A stretch of 56,434 bases of DNA, the filler included, from Stramenopiles sp. TOSAG23-2 (Eukaryota): NCBI GenBank assembly GCA_900128395.1. It is 4 parts of 4 records of this genome, joined end to end, with 100 filler letters (N's around TTAATTAATTAA, not from the genome) between each part and the next. Parts side by side here need not be neighbours in the genome. Positions count along the whole stretch, not along the records: positions 14,177 to 28,210 come from LT649773.1; positions 28,311 to 42,331 come from LT649774.1; 2 more parts are not named here. One strand, 5' to 3'. The translations under genes and the position numbers were made by a program. Below are positions 20,044 to 30,632 of this stretch, piece by piece. How positions within the stretch are numbered: the stretch's first letter is position 1; the number at the start of each line of letters is the position of its first letter. The notes beneath the pieces are model-generated. The model was not told the origin of the DNA, made no database searches, and saw only the letters and a program-made list of their open reading frames with translations.

Positions 20044-20480
20044 TATTGTATCCTAATATGCATAAAAAACATGATCACGATTACGATTCTTATGTTCCTA
20101 TAATTTCATGTTCGTGTCAGGGTTCTTATGGTACTAAAATGGCAATATAGTAGTGTGATTGATAATTTGCACCTATCTTAGTTACTATTCACCTTAATCT
20201 TAGTATCTTATAGTGTGCTGTGTAAAAAATTAGCATGTTAGTGCTGTGTTAATGGTAAAAAATTTAAGCATGTTAGTTTTGTATAGTTATTGTGAATGTG
20301 GTGTTGGACATGGGAATATTTTTGCATATAATACATGTAGAAAAAAGATATGTTTATAGATATATAACAAAAGGAAATGTTCATTTCTTTCTTCTTCCCT
20401 TTTTCCATGTGAAAACCCAATCCGGAACTGCTATAAAACAAACAAGTAACAAAATATAACAACAACAACAATAAAACATC

Positions 20481-21419
20481 ATGAATGCAATGCATGTAGC
20501 TATACGTTCAACAATGAAACGTAGTAGTCATAATAATAATATTTTAACTAGTACAAGTAAACGTACCATGGCAACAACTTTTGACGGTGACATGGCAAGG
20601 TTATATCTTAATTTTTTTAATCAAGCAGAAAGTGCTTGGAACAAGACGGAAGAAATTGTAAAAGAGACGCAAAAATTGACCGGTGGAGAACCTATTAAAC
20701 ATATAGTGGATATTGCATCTGGACCAGGAGAACCAGCACTTACACTTGCTCGTGGATTTCCAGAGGCAAATGTTTTTTTAACAGATGGTGCAGAAGCTAT
20801 GTTAACATTAGCAGAAGACAGAATTGCAGAAGCTGGTGTTGGTGATCGTGTGACCACTGGAGTAATGGACCTTAATGATTTTAGCCCAGTGACACAACGA
20901 CCTGTCGATCTTGTAACTGCTCAATTTGCACTAATGTTCACAGAAGATTTACCTGGCAGTTTGAATGAAATTCATAACGTTTTACGTGATGGTGGTTTGT
21001 TGGTTGGTACAGTATGGGAAGAATTTTACATATTGCCATTGCTTGGAGAAACCATGACAAAGGTATTGGGTGAAGCTCCACCACCACCACCAATTAATCC
21101 TTTAAGTCTTAAAGATCCTGATCTTGTAAATTCTTCACTTGCAAATGCTGGTTTTAAAACTCTTGGACGTCATAATGAAACAGCATTAATTGATATTAAT
21201 CTTGGTGCATTTGATAATGAAGATACAATTAAAACTTGTCTCATTCCAGTCAATCCATCTTTGGTTGGATTACAAGAAGGTGGGAAACATGGCGATGACG
21301 TGTTTGGTACAGCTATGAATGCAATGCGTGATGCGATTACAAATCATGGAATGATTGATGAAAATGGAGATGTTGTGATAAAAACTAGTACTTATCGTTA
21401 TATGGTAGCGCAAAAGTAA
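20481..21419 (+). CDS. Class I SAM-dependent methyltransferase with probable mitochondrial presequence (312 aa)
   Basis: Motif I IVDIASGPGEP, post-I LTDGAEAML, VDLVTAQFALMF, HNVLRDGGLLV. R/S/T-rich N-terminus ending KRTMA. Confidence 0.88.
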   Translation: MNAMHVAIRSTMKRSSHNNNILTSTSKRTMATTFDGDMARLYLNFFNQAESAWNKTEEIVKETQKLTGGEPIKHIVDIASGPGEPALTLARGFPEANVFLTDGAEAMLTLAEDRIAEAGVGDRVTTGVMDLNDFSPVTQRPVDLVTAQFALMFTEDLPGSLNEIHNVLRDGGLLVGTVWEEFYILPLLGETMTKVLGEAPPPPPINPLSLKDPDLVNSSLANAGFKTLGRHNETALIDINLGAFDNEDTIKTCLIPVNPSLVGLQEGGKHGDDVFGTAMNAMRDAITNHGMIDENGDVVIKTSTYRYMVAQK

Positions 21420-21658
21420 CTGCGGATTTATTATTTTATTATATATTAGCTCCGTACACAAAGTAACACAAGAGAGGGAGGGAGGGACTTCGTTTTAGAT
21501 GAGGAGAATAAATAAAAATATACGGCAGTATTGACTCTTTAATAGTATAATGTGTTTTCAATTTGAAAAAATATGGTGTGCGGTGGCATTACCCTCTACA
21601 AAAAATTTGTACAAAATATAATAAAATATATAACAACCCCCTTCAATCTCACTCTCTC

Positions 21659-22786
21659 TCACAAACTAGATGTTTTTTTATAACTTGGAATGTATTTCTT
21701 ATTACGTGCTCCAACTTTACCAGCATTTTTATCAAATATCCAACGTAATGATTCCGCAAACAGGGATCCACCATGTCTTAAATTATGCCCACCAAAACCA
21801 TATTCAAATCTAACATTATAACCAGAATATTCCAACGCATTATGCATCAATATATTTGCTAATGACCAATCTCCAACAGGTAATATAGCATCACGTTCGC
21901 CACTTTGCAAAAACACTTTAATTGGTTTTCGTTCTGTACGTCTAATCCAATATGGAAATTCATGTCCACCACGTATATCTACAAATGAACCACAATGACT
22001 AATTACATTACCAAAAATGTTTGGACGATGCCATGCCGCATTGAATGCACATATACCTCCACTACTAATACCTATAATCACTACATTAGTCGGATCTTTC
22101 GTTAACGATCGTTTAATTACATTTTTTTCTACAAATGGCATAATGTCTTTTTCTAGAAACATTGCATATAAAGGTGTAGGAGAATCATAATCTGCTGATC
22201 TTGTTGTTTCAGCTGTAGTTTTTGCTTCACCTGGATCAACAAAAATACCAATACAAACTGGAATTTTCTTTTGGTGGATTAAATTATCCATGACTATATT
22301 TGCACGCACTTGACCCAATCCATCCTTACCACTTTTTGCTAAATAAGAACTGCCATCTTGAAAAATTGCAACAGCAGGTGATTCTTTTGATTCTTTTAAT
22401 TGTTTTGGTATGTACACAGTCCAACCAAAACTAGTATCTGGAAATACGTTTGATTTATCCCAATTTTTAAATTGTACAAGATCACCAACAGGTACATTTG
22501 GTTTTACATATGCTTCTTCACAAGGATTATATTGTACATCTGCTGGTGTCATGAGTGTATACATAATTTCGCCATAACTATTTCCATTTACGGTTGGCAA
22601 TTGTTTTACTAACTCAGTGTAATTTTCTTCTTTTATTGACCAATCATCATTGTACATATAATTATTCCATTTCTTAACATTTGTTTTTCTGTCCTCCCAA
22701 TGTACCTTTGATTCTTCTTTTTTCACATGAAAGGAAATATCTTCAAAATTTACTTTTTCCTCCGTTGTTGCATCAGGCGATGACAT
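21659..22786 (-). CDS. Alpha/beta-hydrolase, enterochelin-esterase (Fes)-like putative esterase (375 aa)
   Basis: TVYIP, IFQDG, VMDNLIHQKKIP, nucleophile elbow GISSGG, AAWHRPNIFGNVISHCGSF, LQSGERD (Asp) and GGHNLRHGG (His). Confidence 0.88.
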   Translation of the reverse strand: MSSPDATTEEKVNFEDISFHVKKEESKVHWEDRKTNVKKWNNYMYNDDWSIKEENYTELVKQLPTVNGNSYGEIMYTLMTPADVQYNPCEEAYVKPNVPVGDLVQFKNWDKSNVFPDTSFGWTVYIPKQLKESKESPAVAIFQDGSSYLAKSGKDGLGQVRANIVMDNLIHQKKIPVCIGIFVDPGEAKTTAETTRSADYDSPTPLYAMFLEKDIMPFVEKNVIKRSLTKDPTNVVIIGISSGGICAFNAAWHRPNIFGNVISHCGSFVDIRGGHEFPYWIRRTERKPIKVFLQSGERDAILPVGDWSLANILMHNALEYSGYNVRFEYGFGGHNLRHGGSLFAESLRWIFDKNAGKVGARNKKYIPSYKKTSSL

Positions 22787-23555
22787 GATAATAATATTTT
22801 ACTATATTTTACTGTATATTTTATGGATTTGTTTAAAAAAAGAAAAATACAAACAATACCTCTTGTATACACGATATTATTATACATCATCACATGCTGT
22901 TGTAGTTCTTGTTCGTATATTTATTTTCTTATATTATTTATATGTGTGTGATTTTAATTTTTTTAAAATCTTCTTTTGCCTCCTTCCTTTTTCAGTGATT
23001 AATATAATTTCAATTGTAAATTTCCGATATTGTCAATGTATTAAAACAATGTAAAAATACGGTGCTATGATCCTTGAAAGAAGTTTTTATACTATGAGTA
23101 TAATGTACTAAATAAGATCCTATCAAACAAACAAACACAACCGAATGACCGAATCTAGAAAAAAGGAAAATTCTTTCACATGTCAATTTATAACTAGGTA
23201 GTATTATATAAAATATGTGATTACAATTGGATTTTTATTGTAGAATTATTTCTACCACTACATTACGCCGTGGTATAACTCTTGCCGACTTATTGGACAA
23301 CAGTTACGTTGAGAGAAAAAACATAGAATTTGTAAAAAAAAATATATATATGTATGTGTGTGAGAGTGAGGCAAAATGCAAAACATATATAAACTCAGAG
23401 GTAGATAGGTTGTATTAACATATCACACACACACACTCTCTCTCGCATAAAAGTTAGAGTGAATAGTTACACGTTAATATATACATATATAAAAAAATAT
23501 ATAACAGTTGTACAAAAAAATTATATAATAAAATTGTAAAAAAAATAAATAAATA

Positions 23556-24311
23556 ATGAGTAGCATTAGTAATAGTAATAGGAGTAAAAATACATCTACA
23601 AGAAAACGTCGTGGAAAGAAAACAAAAACAAAGCGGGTTTCAAAAGAACTGTTAATGAAGCAAGACTCGGAGAGGAAAATGTTGCAATTGCAACAGCAAT
23701 TGATGTTTTTGAGATGGAGAAAATGCCAAACAGGTGCAAAAATGAGAAAAATATTAGCTGATTCGAAACGTTTTAAGAATATGGACGTCTCACAAATTGC
23801 TGAACAAACAAGTCAGTTAGAAGACCGTAGTAGTTGGATGCAAGAAGTGGTTGAAAGTGAAATGGCACGTCCATTGGAAGTGGATGATGGCTATATTCAA
23901 GGCTATATCCAAGAATCGAAGATGAGTTCAAAACGATTGGAACAAGATACAGATTGCCATTTAAGAAATGTACAAAAATTAAAACATACCGTATTAAGTG
24001 CAGAACAATTACGTATGAGAAACCGTCGATATAAAGATAAATTAGCAAATATGCGTGGTGTACAACGTGTTCGTACACCAGCTAATGTTGTGAATATGCA
24101 AGAAATGCAAACCAACATGAAATTAGAAAAATTAGATGCTTTAGAGCAACATTTAATGACTGTGAAACGTGATATGCAACGTGTAGAAAAAGCAAAGTCA
24201 GGTGTATTATATGGTCAACCAAGTATAGCAGCTAGCTCAGATTTGTTTCTATTACGTGTACCGCCTGTTATTTCTGGCAATGAAAGTTTAGATAAAGATA
24301 TTGGTTTTTAA
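23556..24311 (+). CDS. Hypothetical coiled-coil protein with basic N-terminus (251 aa)
   Basis: ATG-initiated ORF bounded by AT-rich flanks. K/R cluster (RKRRGKKTKTKR) and Q/E/K/M-rich helical composition. No family recognised. Confidence 0.7.
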   Translation: MSSISNSNRSKNTSTRKRRGKKTKTKRVSKELLMKQDSERKMLQLQQQLMFLRWRKCQTGAKMRKILADSKRFKNMDVSQIAEQTSQLEDRSSWMQEVVESEMARPLEVDDGYIQGYIQESKMSSKRLEQDTDCHLRNVQKLKHTVLSAEQLRMRNRRYKDKLANMRGVQRVRTPANVVNMQEMQTNMKLEKLDALEQHLMTVKRDMQRVEKAKSGVLYGQPSIAASSDLFLLRVPPVISGNESLDKDIGF

Positions 24312-24778
24312 ATTTTTTTTTAAAATAAAAGGAAAGAGAGTAAAAAATGCACATTTTATACGCACACATCCTCTTCAATGTGTTGTACACACAATTTAAA
24401 AAATGTGTTTTATAATATTTTACAAATACTACTCGTATTTTTATTATTTTGAATAAAAAAAACTACCGTATATAATGAAATTTTTTTTATACACACATGC
24501 AAAGAACACACCGCACCACATAAAACATGAAATTTTTTCAAAATCTTTTCTTTCTCACAAGATTAAAAAGACTTTTTTTTTTTATTTTTTTTTCATCAGT
24601 TTTTTATTTTTTATATTTTTTATCACCTTCCTAATGTCATACATGTATGATCACCCAGAGGCTTATTTTTACAATAAATATTATATATATATTGTTTTAT
24701 ATTTTCAAATACAAATACCCACTCAAATACACGCGTATAGTAAAACTTCCTAACGCTAAACGTATTCAAAAATATTTT

Positions 24779-26311
24779 TTACATAGCATAACAATCAATA
24801 TCTTGTGGTAAATCTTCATTTGATAAACCAACAACTGGAAATTGTTCTGCAAATGAAGCAACATCGTCACGTAAATTTAATATATCTTCATTACTATGAT
24901 CATTTGGCAATGCTGCTTTGAAATCTTTCAATTTTTTTGATGTCAATGAACCTTTCACATCTTTTGCAATGGTAACTCCTCTGTGGAAAAATTCTGCAAC
25001 TTGTGCAAAATCATCTTCAACGAATCCACGAGATGTTAAAGCTGGGACACCCATACGAATTCCACTTGGTACCAATGCACTTTTATCCCCTGGTACTGTA
25101 TTTTTATTAGTTGCAAGCAATGCAAGCTCTAATACACGTTCAACCCTGGAACCATCAATTTGATTACCTCTTAAATCAACTAATACTAAATGGTTATCTG
25201 TTCCACCAGATACTAAATCATATCCTCTTGATTGCAATTCCGTTGCGAAACGTTGGCAATTTTTTACGACTTGATCTTGGTAATTAACAAATTCTGGTGT
25301 AACAACTTCTTTCAATGCAGTAGCAAGTGCGGAGATGGTATGGTTGTGAGGGCCACCTTGTAAACGTGGGAAAACGGAGAAATTAATTGCTTCCTCCATG
25401 AAATCTAAATCAACCGTTTTTTTCCCAACTTTTCGACTACCTTTTCTATAAAAAATCATTGCCCCTCGTGGGCCTCTTAATGATTTATGCGTAGTAGTAG
25501 TAACAACATCACTATGCTCAAATGGATTTGTGACATGGCCAGTTGCAACAAGACCACTGATATGGGCCATATCGGACATAAGCCATGCACCATTTTCATC
25601 ACAAATTTCTCTCATTTTACCATAATCATAATTTCTGGAATATGCAGATGCTCCAGCAATGATTAATTTTGGTCGAAATTTCTCGGCATCTTCACGTAAT
25701 CTATCATAATCAATGATACCAGTGCTTTCATTTAAACGATATGGCATCGATTCGAAATAAATAGAAGTGGCACTGATCTTTTTATCTTTTGTAAAGAAAC
25801 CATGTGTTAAATGCCCACCATGTGGTAAATCCAAACCCATAATACGGTCATGAGGATTCAATAATGCGGTGTATACTTGAAAATTTGCTGGTGAACCAGA
25901 TAACGATTGAACATTTACTCCCCATTCATTTGGATCCAAATTGAATGCTTCCAAGGCACGATCTTGGCACATAATTTCTGCTTTATCGATATTTTCATTG
26001 CCACCATAATATCTTGCATTTGGATATCCTTCGGAATATTTATTCGACATAACAGAGCCTAAAGCGTCTAGAACTGCTTTTGATGTAAAATTTTCCGATG
26101 CAATTAATACTAATGATTGTACTTGACGTACTTTTTCATCTTCAATAATTTGATATAATTCTGGATCACTTTCCATCAATGGGCGATTTAAACGTGATAC
26201 TTCATGTAACATATTAGCAGATGCTGGAGGTGGCACCGTACCAAACATACGCATCTTTACTTTTGATGCGATACGACGTGTTGCCGTTTTATTGATAATG
26301 GTTCTCAACAT
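24779..26311 (-). CDS. SHMT: Serine hydroxymethyltransferase, mitochondrial-type (510 aa)
   Basis: [46 protein letters not shown]-lysine motif [20 protein letters not shown] and NKNTVPGD. Start set at ATG 26311 ([13 protein letters not shown], presequence-like) rather than the upstream GTG. Confidence 0.98.
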   Translation of the reverse strand: MLRTIINKTATRRIASKVKMRMFGTVPPPASANMLHEVSRLNRPLMESDPELYQIIEDEKVRQVQSLVLIASENFTSKAVLDALGSVMSNKYSEGYPNARYYGGNENIDKAEIMCQDRALEAFNLDPNEWGVNVQSLSGSPANFQVYTALLNPHDRIMGLDLPHGGHLTHGFFTKDKKISATSIYFESMPYRLNESTGIIDYDRLREDAEKFRPKLIIAGASAYSRNYDYGKMREICDENGAWLMSDMAHISGLVATGHVTNPFEHSDVVTTTTHKSLRGPRGAMIFYRKGSRKVGKKTVDLDFMEEAINFSVFPRLQGGPHNHTISALATALKEVVTPEFVNYQDQVVKNCQRFATELQSRGYDLVSGGTDNHLVLVDLRGNQIDGSRVERVLELALLATNKNTVPGDKSALVPSGIRMGVPALTSRGFVEDDFAQVAEFFHRGVTIAKDVKGSLTSKKLKDFKAALPNDHSNEDILNLRDDVASFAEQFPVVGLSNEDLPQDIDCYAM

Positions 26312-26647
26312 AGTTAATATCTTGTGTGTGTTTTTTTTACAATTCTGTTCTGTTCTATCAGAGAATATGTGTGTACACCTTTCTACTCTATTTATATTAC
26401 ATTTAATCTCTCTCACCTCTTAGTTGGGATTCATTTATTCATTGTTTTTTAGTTTGTTTATAAAAAAGATCGCGAATCCTTGGATTTGGTAATGCTATCT
26501 CCATGTTAAATCCATGCATATTGCCAAGAAAATTGTCTTCGGAATATTAATATCTTTATGTGTGATGCATATCGTTGCACAATCATGACGAGGTGGCAGC
26601 ACTAGTATGGGAATAGCACTAGCATTGAGGAAACCCTAATCAGGACA

Positions 26648-27040
26648 CTATGTCATGCTGTGCAAAGGGTATCCATTTGTACACATGTCAATTGGTATAT
26701 CCCATGGAATTATGTACCCATGGATTTCAAGTAATTCATTGCATAAACTGTCCTCCGATTCATACAGAAAGAACTTTCTGTCCAAAATTGAAACACCATC
26801 CCACCCATCCAGTATTTTGGGTTGTGGAGATACAACACGCTTTGTTCTTAATATATACCTGTCAGGTATAATATAAGAATTTGGACCCTGTTCATCAGCA
26901 GAATTTTCAACAACACTCAGTTCTTCTTCTTCTCCAGCAACCATTTCTTCATCACTTTCGACCTCCATTGGATCTTCAACTGTGACTTCCTCCATACGTT
27001 TCAATAACTTTTTTGCTAAAGATTCCACATTGTTAAACAT
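26648..27040 (-). CDS. Hypothetical acidic small protein or gene relic (~130 aa)
   Basis: ATG-initiated ORF with a Glu-rich stretch in a less AT-rich patch. No family recognised. Confidence 0.35.
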   Translation of the reverse strand: MFNNVESLAKKLLKRMEEVTVEDPMEVESDEEMVAGEEEELSVVENSADEQGPNSYIIPDRYILRTKRVVSPQPKILDGWDGVSILDRKFFLYESEDSLCNELLEIHGYIIPWDIPIDMCTNGYPLHSMT

Positions 27041-27607
27041 TTTCAAATTTATTTTTTTTAAAAGATAATTAAAATTGCAATGTATAATAATAATAATAAT
27101 AAAATTTATTTATATTATCTATCTTTTTTCTTATCAATAATAATAATAATAATACTACTATGTATCTGTTTATTCTATACTTTTTAAATATTGTATTAAT
27201 TATATATATATATATATATTGTTCCTTTTTGTTTCTTTTTGAATTTCATCTATTCAGAAGGTTCCGTGTGTAATATTATTTTCTTCTAATAATTTTCTGG
27301 CAGCAAATAATTGGCATGTGATGATAATTATTATTATTGGATCTTCTTCAACAATTTAAATTATAGTAAAATATAATAGTAGAGAGTTTTTTGCCGTATT
27401 TTTATTATTAATAGAACACATTATTTTTTTTTACATAGCTCATATAGTTGTGGTACAATTGCAAATGTAAGAAGAGGCTTAATCAATCTACCAAGGAGAA
27501 TTAAATAATTATATTACGTATTAATATTTCACAAAAAAAAATAATATTAATGTGTCTACAAGTTTAGCGCTGAGTATAATAATTAAATATCATTAAATAT
27601 TGAGAGC

Positions 27608-27725
27608 TGATCAAAATCCTGACTAATCCTGACAGCGTTTAAAATAGGGTAAAATACTTGATCAAAATCCTGACAAATCATGACAAACCTTAAAATTCGG
27701 CCATTTTCTGTCAGGATTTTGATCA
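27608..27725. repeat. Direct plus inverted repeat cluster of TGATCAAAATCCTGAC
   Basis: Direct copies at 27608-27623 and 27659-27674, inverted copy at 27710-27725. 27659-27675 and 27709-27725 form a perfect 17-bp inverted repeat. Confidence 0.85.
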
Positions 27726-28210
27726 CTTTTTTCCCGATTTTCGGCCTCTAAACACATCAAAAATGAATTGGAAAGGTACAAATCCCTCTATTCATAAATA
27801 CGGTATTTGATATATCTGATAGCTATATTTCATAGTTAGTATACAAATATTGTACCTATGTTCGTTTTGTCCATATTTTCTCTCCCATTAACACAGTACA
27901 CTATGGAAACACATGACTTCCATACTGTACTATCATAAAAATAAATATATAAAAAAATCCACTTAAGGCAGGTAAGGTTTTCCTTTTTTTATAGATAATT
28001 GATCAGGCCATAGGGACAGATGGTCACGGTTTAGGCGCTTTGCCCGCGTGATTAGCCGCACCAGCCGTATTTGGTTCGCACTGCTCGTAGCTAAAGCTAC
28101 TCCCGACGTACGACCAAATAAGGCCTGGTGGGCTAACACCGGTCAAATGCTATTGGCTATTGGCACAGAGCACATAATTATGATAGGCATATATTGTAAA
28201 GTACACTACC

Positions 28211-28310
28211 NNNNNNNNNNNNNNNNNNNNNNNNNNNNNNNNNNNNNNNNNNNNTTAATTAATTAANNNNNNNNNNNNNNNNNNNNNNNNNNNNNNNNNN
28301 NNNNNNNNNN
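28211..28310. other. Artificial contig-joining spacer (N44-TTAATTAATTAA-N44)
   Basis: Same 100-nt cassette as 14077-14176. Confidence 0.97.
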
Positions 28311-28560
28311 TTTATACAAAAGCCAAGTACAATTGGCCAAAATTACACCAATATTATAAGAGAAAATATCCTTAATTAATGGTGCCAAGCTCAAGAACAA
28401 GAAGGATATAATATATTATATATATAATATAATTCATCAAAAAAACATCAAAATCAAACAAAATAATTATTATACCCATTATTATATAGACAATGTCAGG
28501 ATATAATCGAAACAATTTACTCAAGAACATGTGTAAATAAAGAATAATCAATTGAATGAA

Positions 28561-29877
28561 ATGTATGTACATGTAACAAATCGTTTCAAAAAATCTTCAA
28601 TTTTCTCAGTTTTTTGTAAAAAAACATTTGTGACAACATCACAATCATCATCTTATGAACATCAATATCTTGCAAATAAATGTAATATCAATGATTTTAA
28701 ACAACTATTAGAAGTTGAAAATGATAAAATGCATACTAATGATTACCCATATGCAAATGAAATTAAATCAGGCGTTGTAATATATGATAATAATAATATA
28801 CCGTATGATAATCAAAATGAAAGAAAACAAATTCAAGCTGAAATGTGCAAAGCTTTTATTCAAGGATCAGGTATTGTTGTTATTAAAAATTCCATTGAAA
28901 CTGATATTGTTGATAATGTAACAAAAACATTTTTAAATATACTTGAAAACGAAAAATTAAATGGCAAGAATCAAAAAGACCATTTTGGTAAAGAAGGTGC
29001 AAATGGTCGTATATGGAATGCATTGGAAAAATTAGCTGTTGAAGACCCGCATGGATTTACAAAATATTACAGTTCAAACGCAATCCATTTAGTTTCAAAT
29101 GCATATTTAGGCCCATCATACCAAATGACATCTCAAATAAATTTAGTGTATCCAGGTGGCGAAGCCCAACAAGCACATAGGGATTATCATTTAGGATTTC
29201 AAGGCAATGATGTTATTGAACAATTTCCATCGCATGTTCATCAACTTTGTTCTCAATTAACATTGCAAGGTGCTGTAGCACATTGTGATATGCCATTAAT
29301 TTCAGGGCCAACTGAATATCTACCTCATAGTCATAAATATAAATATGGATATCTTGCCTATCGTATTGATGAATTTCAAACTTATTTTAAAAATAATTTT
29401 ATTCAGTTGCCATTAAATAAAGGGGATAGTATTTTTTTCAATCCAGCCGTATTTCATGCAGCTGGTAGTAATACTTCCAATAATATTAATAGGATGGCAA
29501 ATTTATTGCAAGTATCATCGGCATTTGGTAGACCTATGGAAACAGTAGATCGATTAAATATGATATCAAATATTTATCCTACATTATTAAAAATAGTAGT
29601 AGCAGGATCAGGGGAGGAGGAGAATGGATGGACGAAGGAAAAGACGAAAAATGTAATTGCGTCTGTAGCTGATGGTTATTCTTTTCCAACAAATTTAGAT
29701 ACAGATCCACCTATTGAAACGACTGGTTTAGCACCGGAAACACAAGCTGAATTGATGTGGAAATGTATACAGAATAATTGTAAATGGGAAGAAGATGCAA
29801 AGGAGATCTTTCAATCACATTGGAAAAAAAAACGTTCTGGTTTGGATGTTGATGATGGATCAAAGAAAAATGTCTGA
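28561..29877 (+). CDS. Phytanoyl-CoA dioxygenase (PhyH) family 2OG-Fe(II) oxygenase (~438 aa)
   Basis: RIWNALEKLA, QQAHRDYHLGF (HxD), LTLQGAVAHCDMP..SGPT, FFNPAVFHAAGSN (distal His), RMANLLQVSSAFG, DGYSFPTNLD. First in-frame ATG is 28561; the N-terminus is presequence-like. Confidence 0.92.
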   Translation: MYVHVTNRFKKSSIFSVFCKKTFVTTSQSSSYEHQYLANKCNINDFKQLLEVENDKMHTNDYPYANEIKSGVVIYDNNNIPYDNQNERKQIQAEMCKAFIQGSGIVVIKNSIETDIVDNVTKTFLNILENEKLNGKNQKDHFGKEGANGRIWNALEKLAVEDPHGFTKYYSSNAIHLVSNAYLGPSYQMTSQINLVYPGGEAQQAHRDYHLGFQGNDVIEQFPSHVHQLCSQLTLQGAVAHCDMPLISGPTEYLPHSHKYKYGYLAYRIDEFQTYFKNNFIQLPLNKGDSIFFNPAVFHAAGSNTSNNINRMANLLQVSSAFGRPMETVDRLNMISNIYPTLLKIVVAGSGEEENGWTKEKTKNVIASVADGYSFPTNLDTDPPIETTGLAPETQAELMWKCIQNNCKWEEDAKEIFQSHWKKKRSGLDVDDGSKKNV

Positions 29878-30632
29878 AGCCGGAGCAAAAGTTAAACCAT
29901 CTCAAGAGAGTAAGCAGAAAGTTACCCCGGGTGGCTACCAATAATATTTAAAATGCAATACGTATTAATATACGAGTAATATTATAATATATTTTATATA
30001 AATGATAGAATTTTAGGCAAGTACATTTGATAAAAAAAGAACAACTCAATTAACATTTTTAATTTAATACAGAACCAGTCGAGATCCTCGCCTCTTCGCA
30101 AGCCCTGGGCAAGGGCAAAATAAAAAGCGAAGACGGGGAGTATTGATACCTGTATGGTGCTTTTGTACTTAAACTGAGCGTGGCCGTAGAAGCCCAGGGA
30201 AGGCCAGTTATCATAATCTATAAATCATGGGTTTAGTCCTGGCCGTAATCCGTAATAATGTAAATGCCTTAAAATAACGACCTAATAAATCTAGGCCTAA
30301 TATAGACTTTTCCAAGAAAAGTGCAAAAAGTCTAATTTTAACGACCGACACGCATGCACACGTACATTATACAGGTTTTGAAGGCAATATATAAAATTAC
30401 TTTAGATGTAGAGAAAAACAACAAATAGAAAGTATATAGAGTATAAAATGAGAGAGAGAGATATACCACCACTTCAATAAAACAATATATTGACAATATT
30501 CAAAACTGTGTGTGCGTGTATAAATATATATAAATTGGTGAAAACGTTAAAACAAATATATTTGTGTGTTTTAATATATTAGTTGCTGCAATTGTAGCAT
30601 CAATATATAAATATATATTCTTCTAAAACAAA

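Noticed and set aside
26312-26416. 35-aa N-terminal extension of SHMT in the ORF track
   Set aside because: It begins at GTG in UTR-like sequence; ATG 26311 gives a typical mitochondrial presequence.
28048-28266. 72-aa ORF running into the gap
   Set aside because: GTG start, no recognisable motif, and it is terminated only by the artificial linker.
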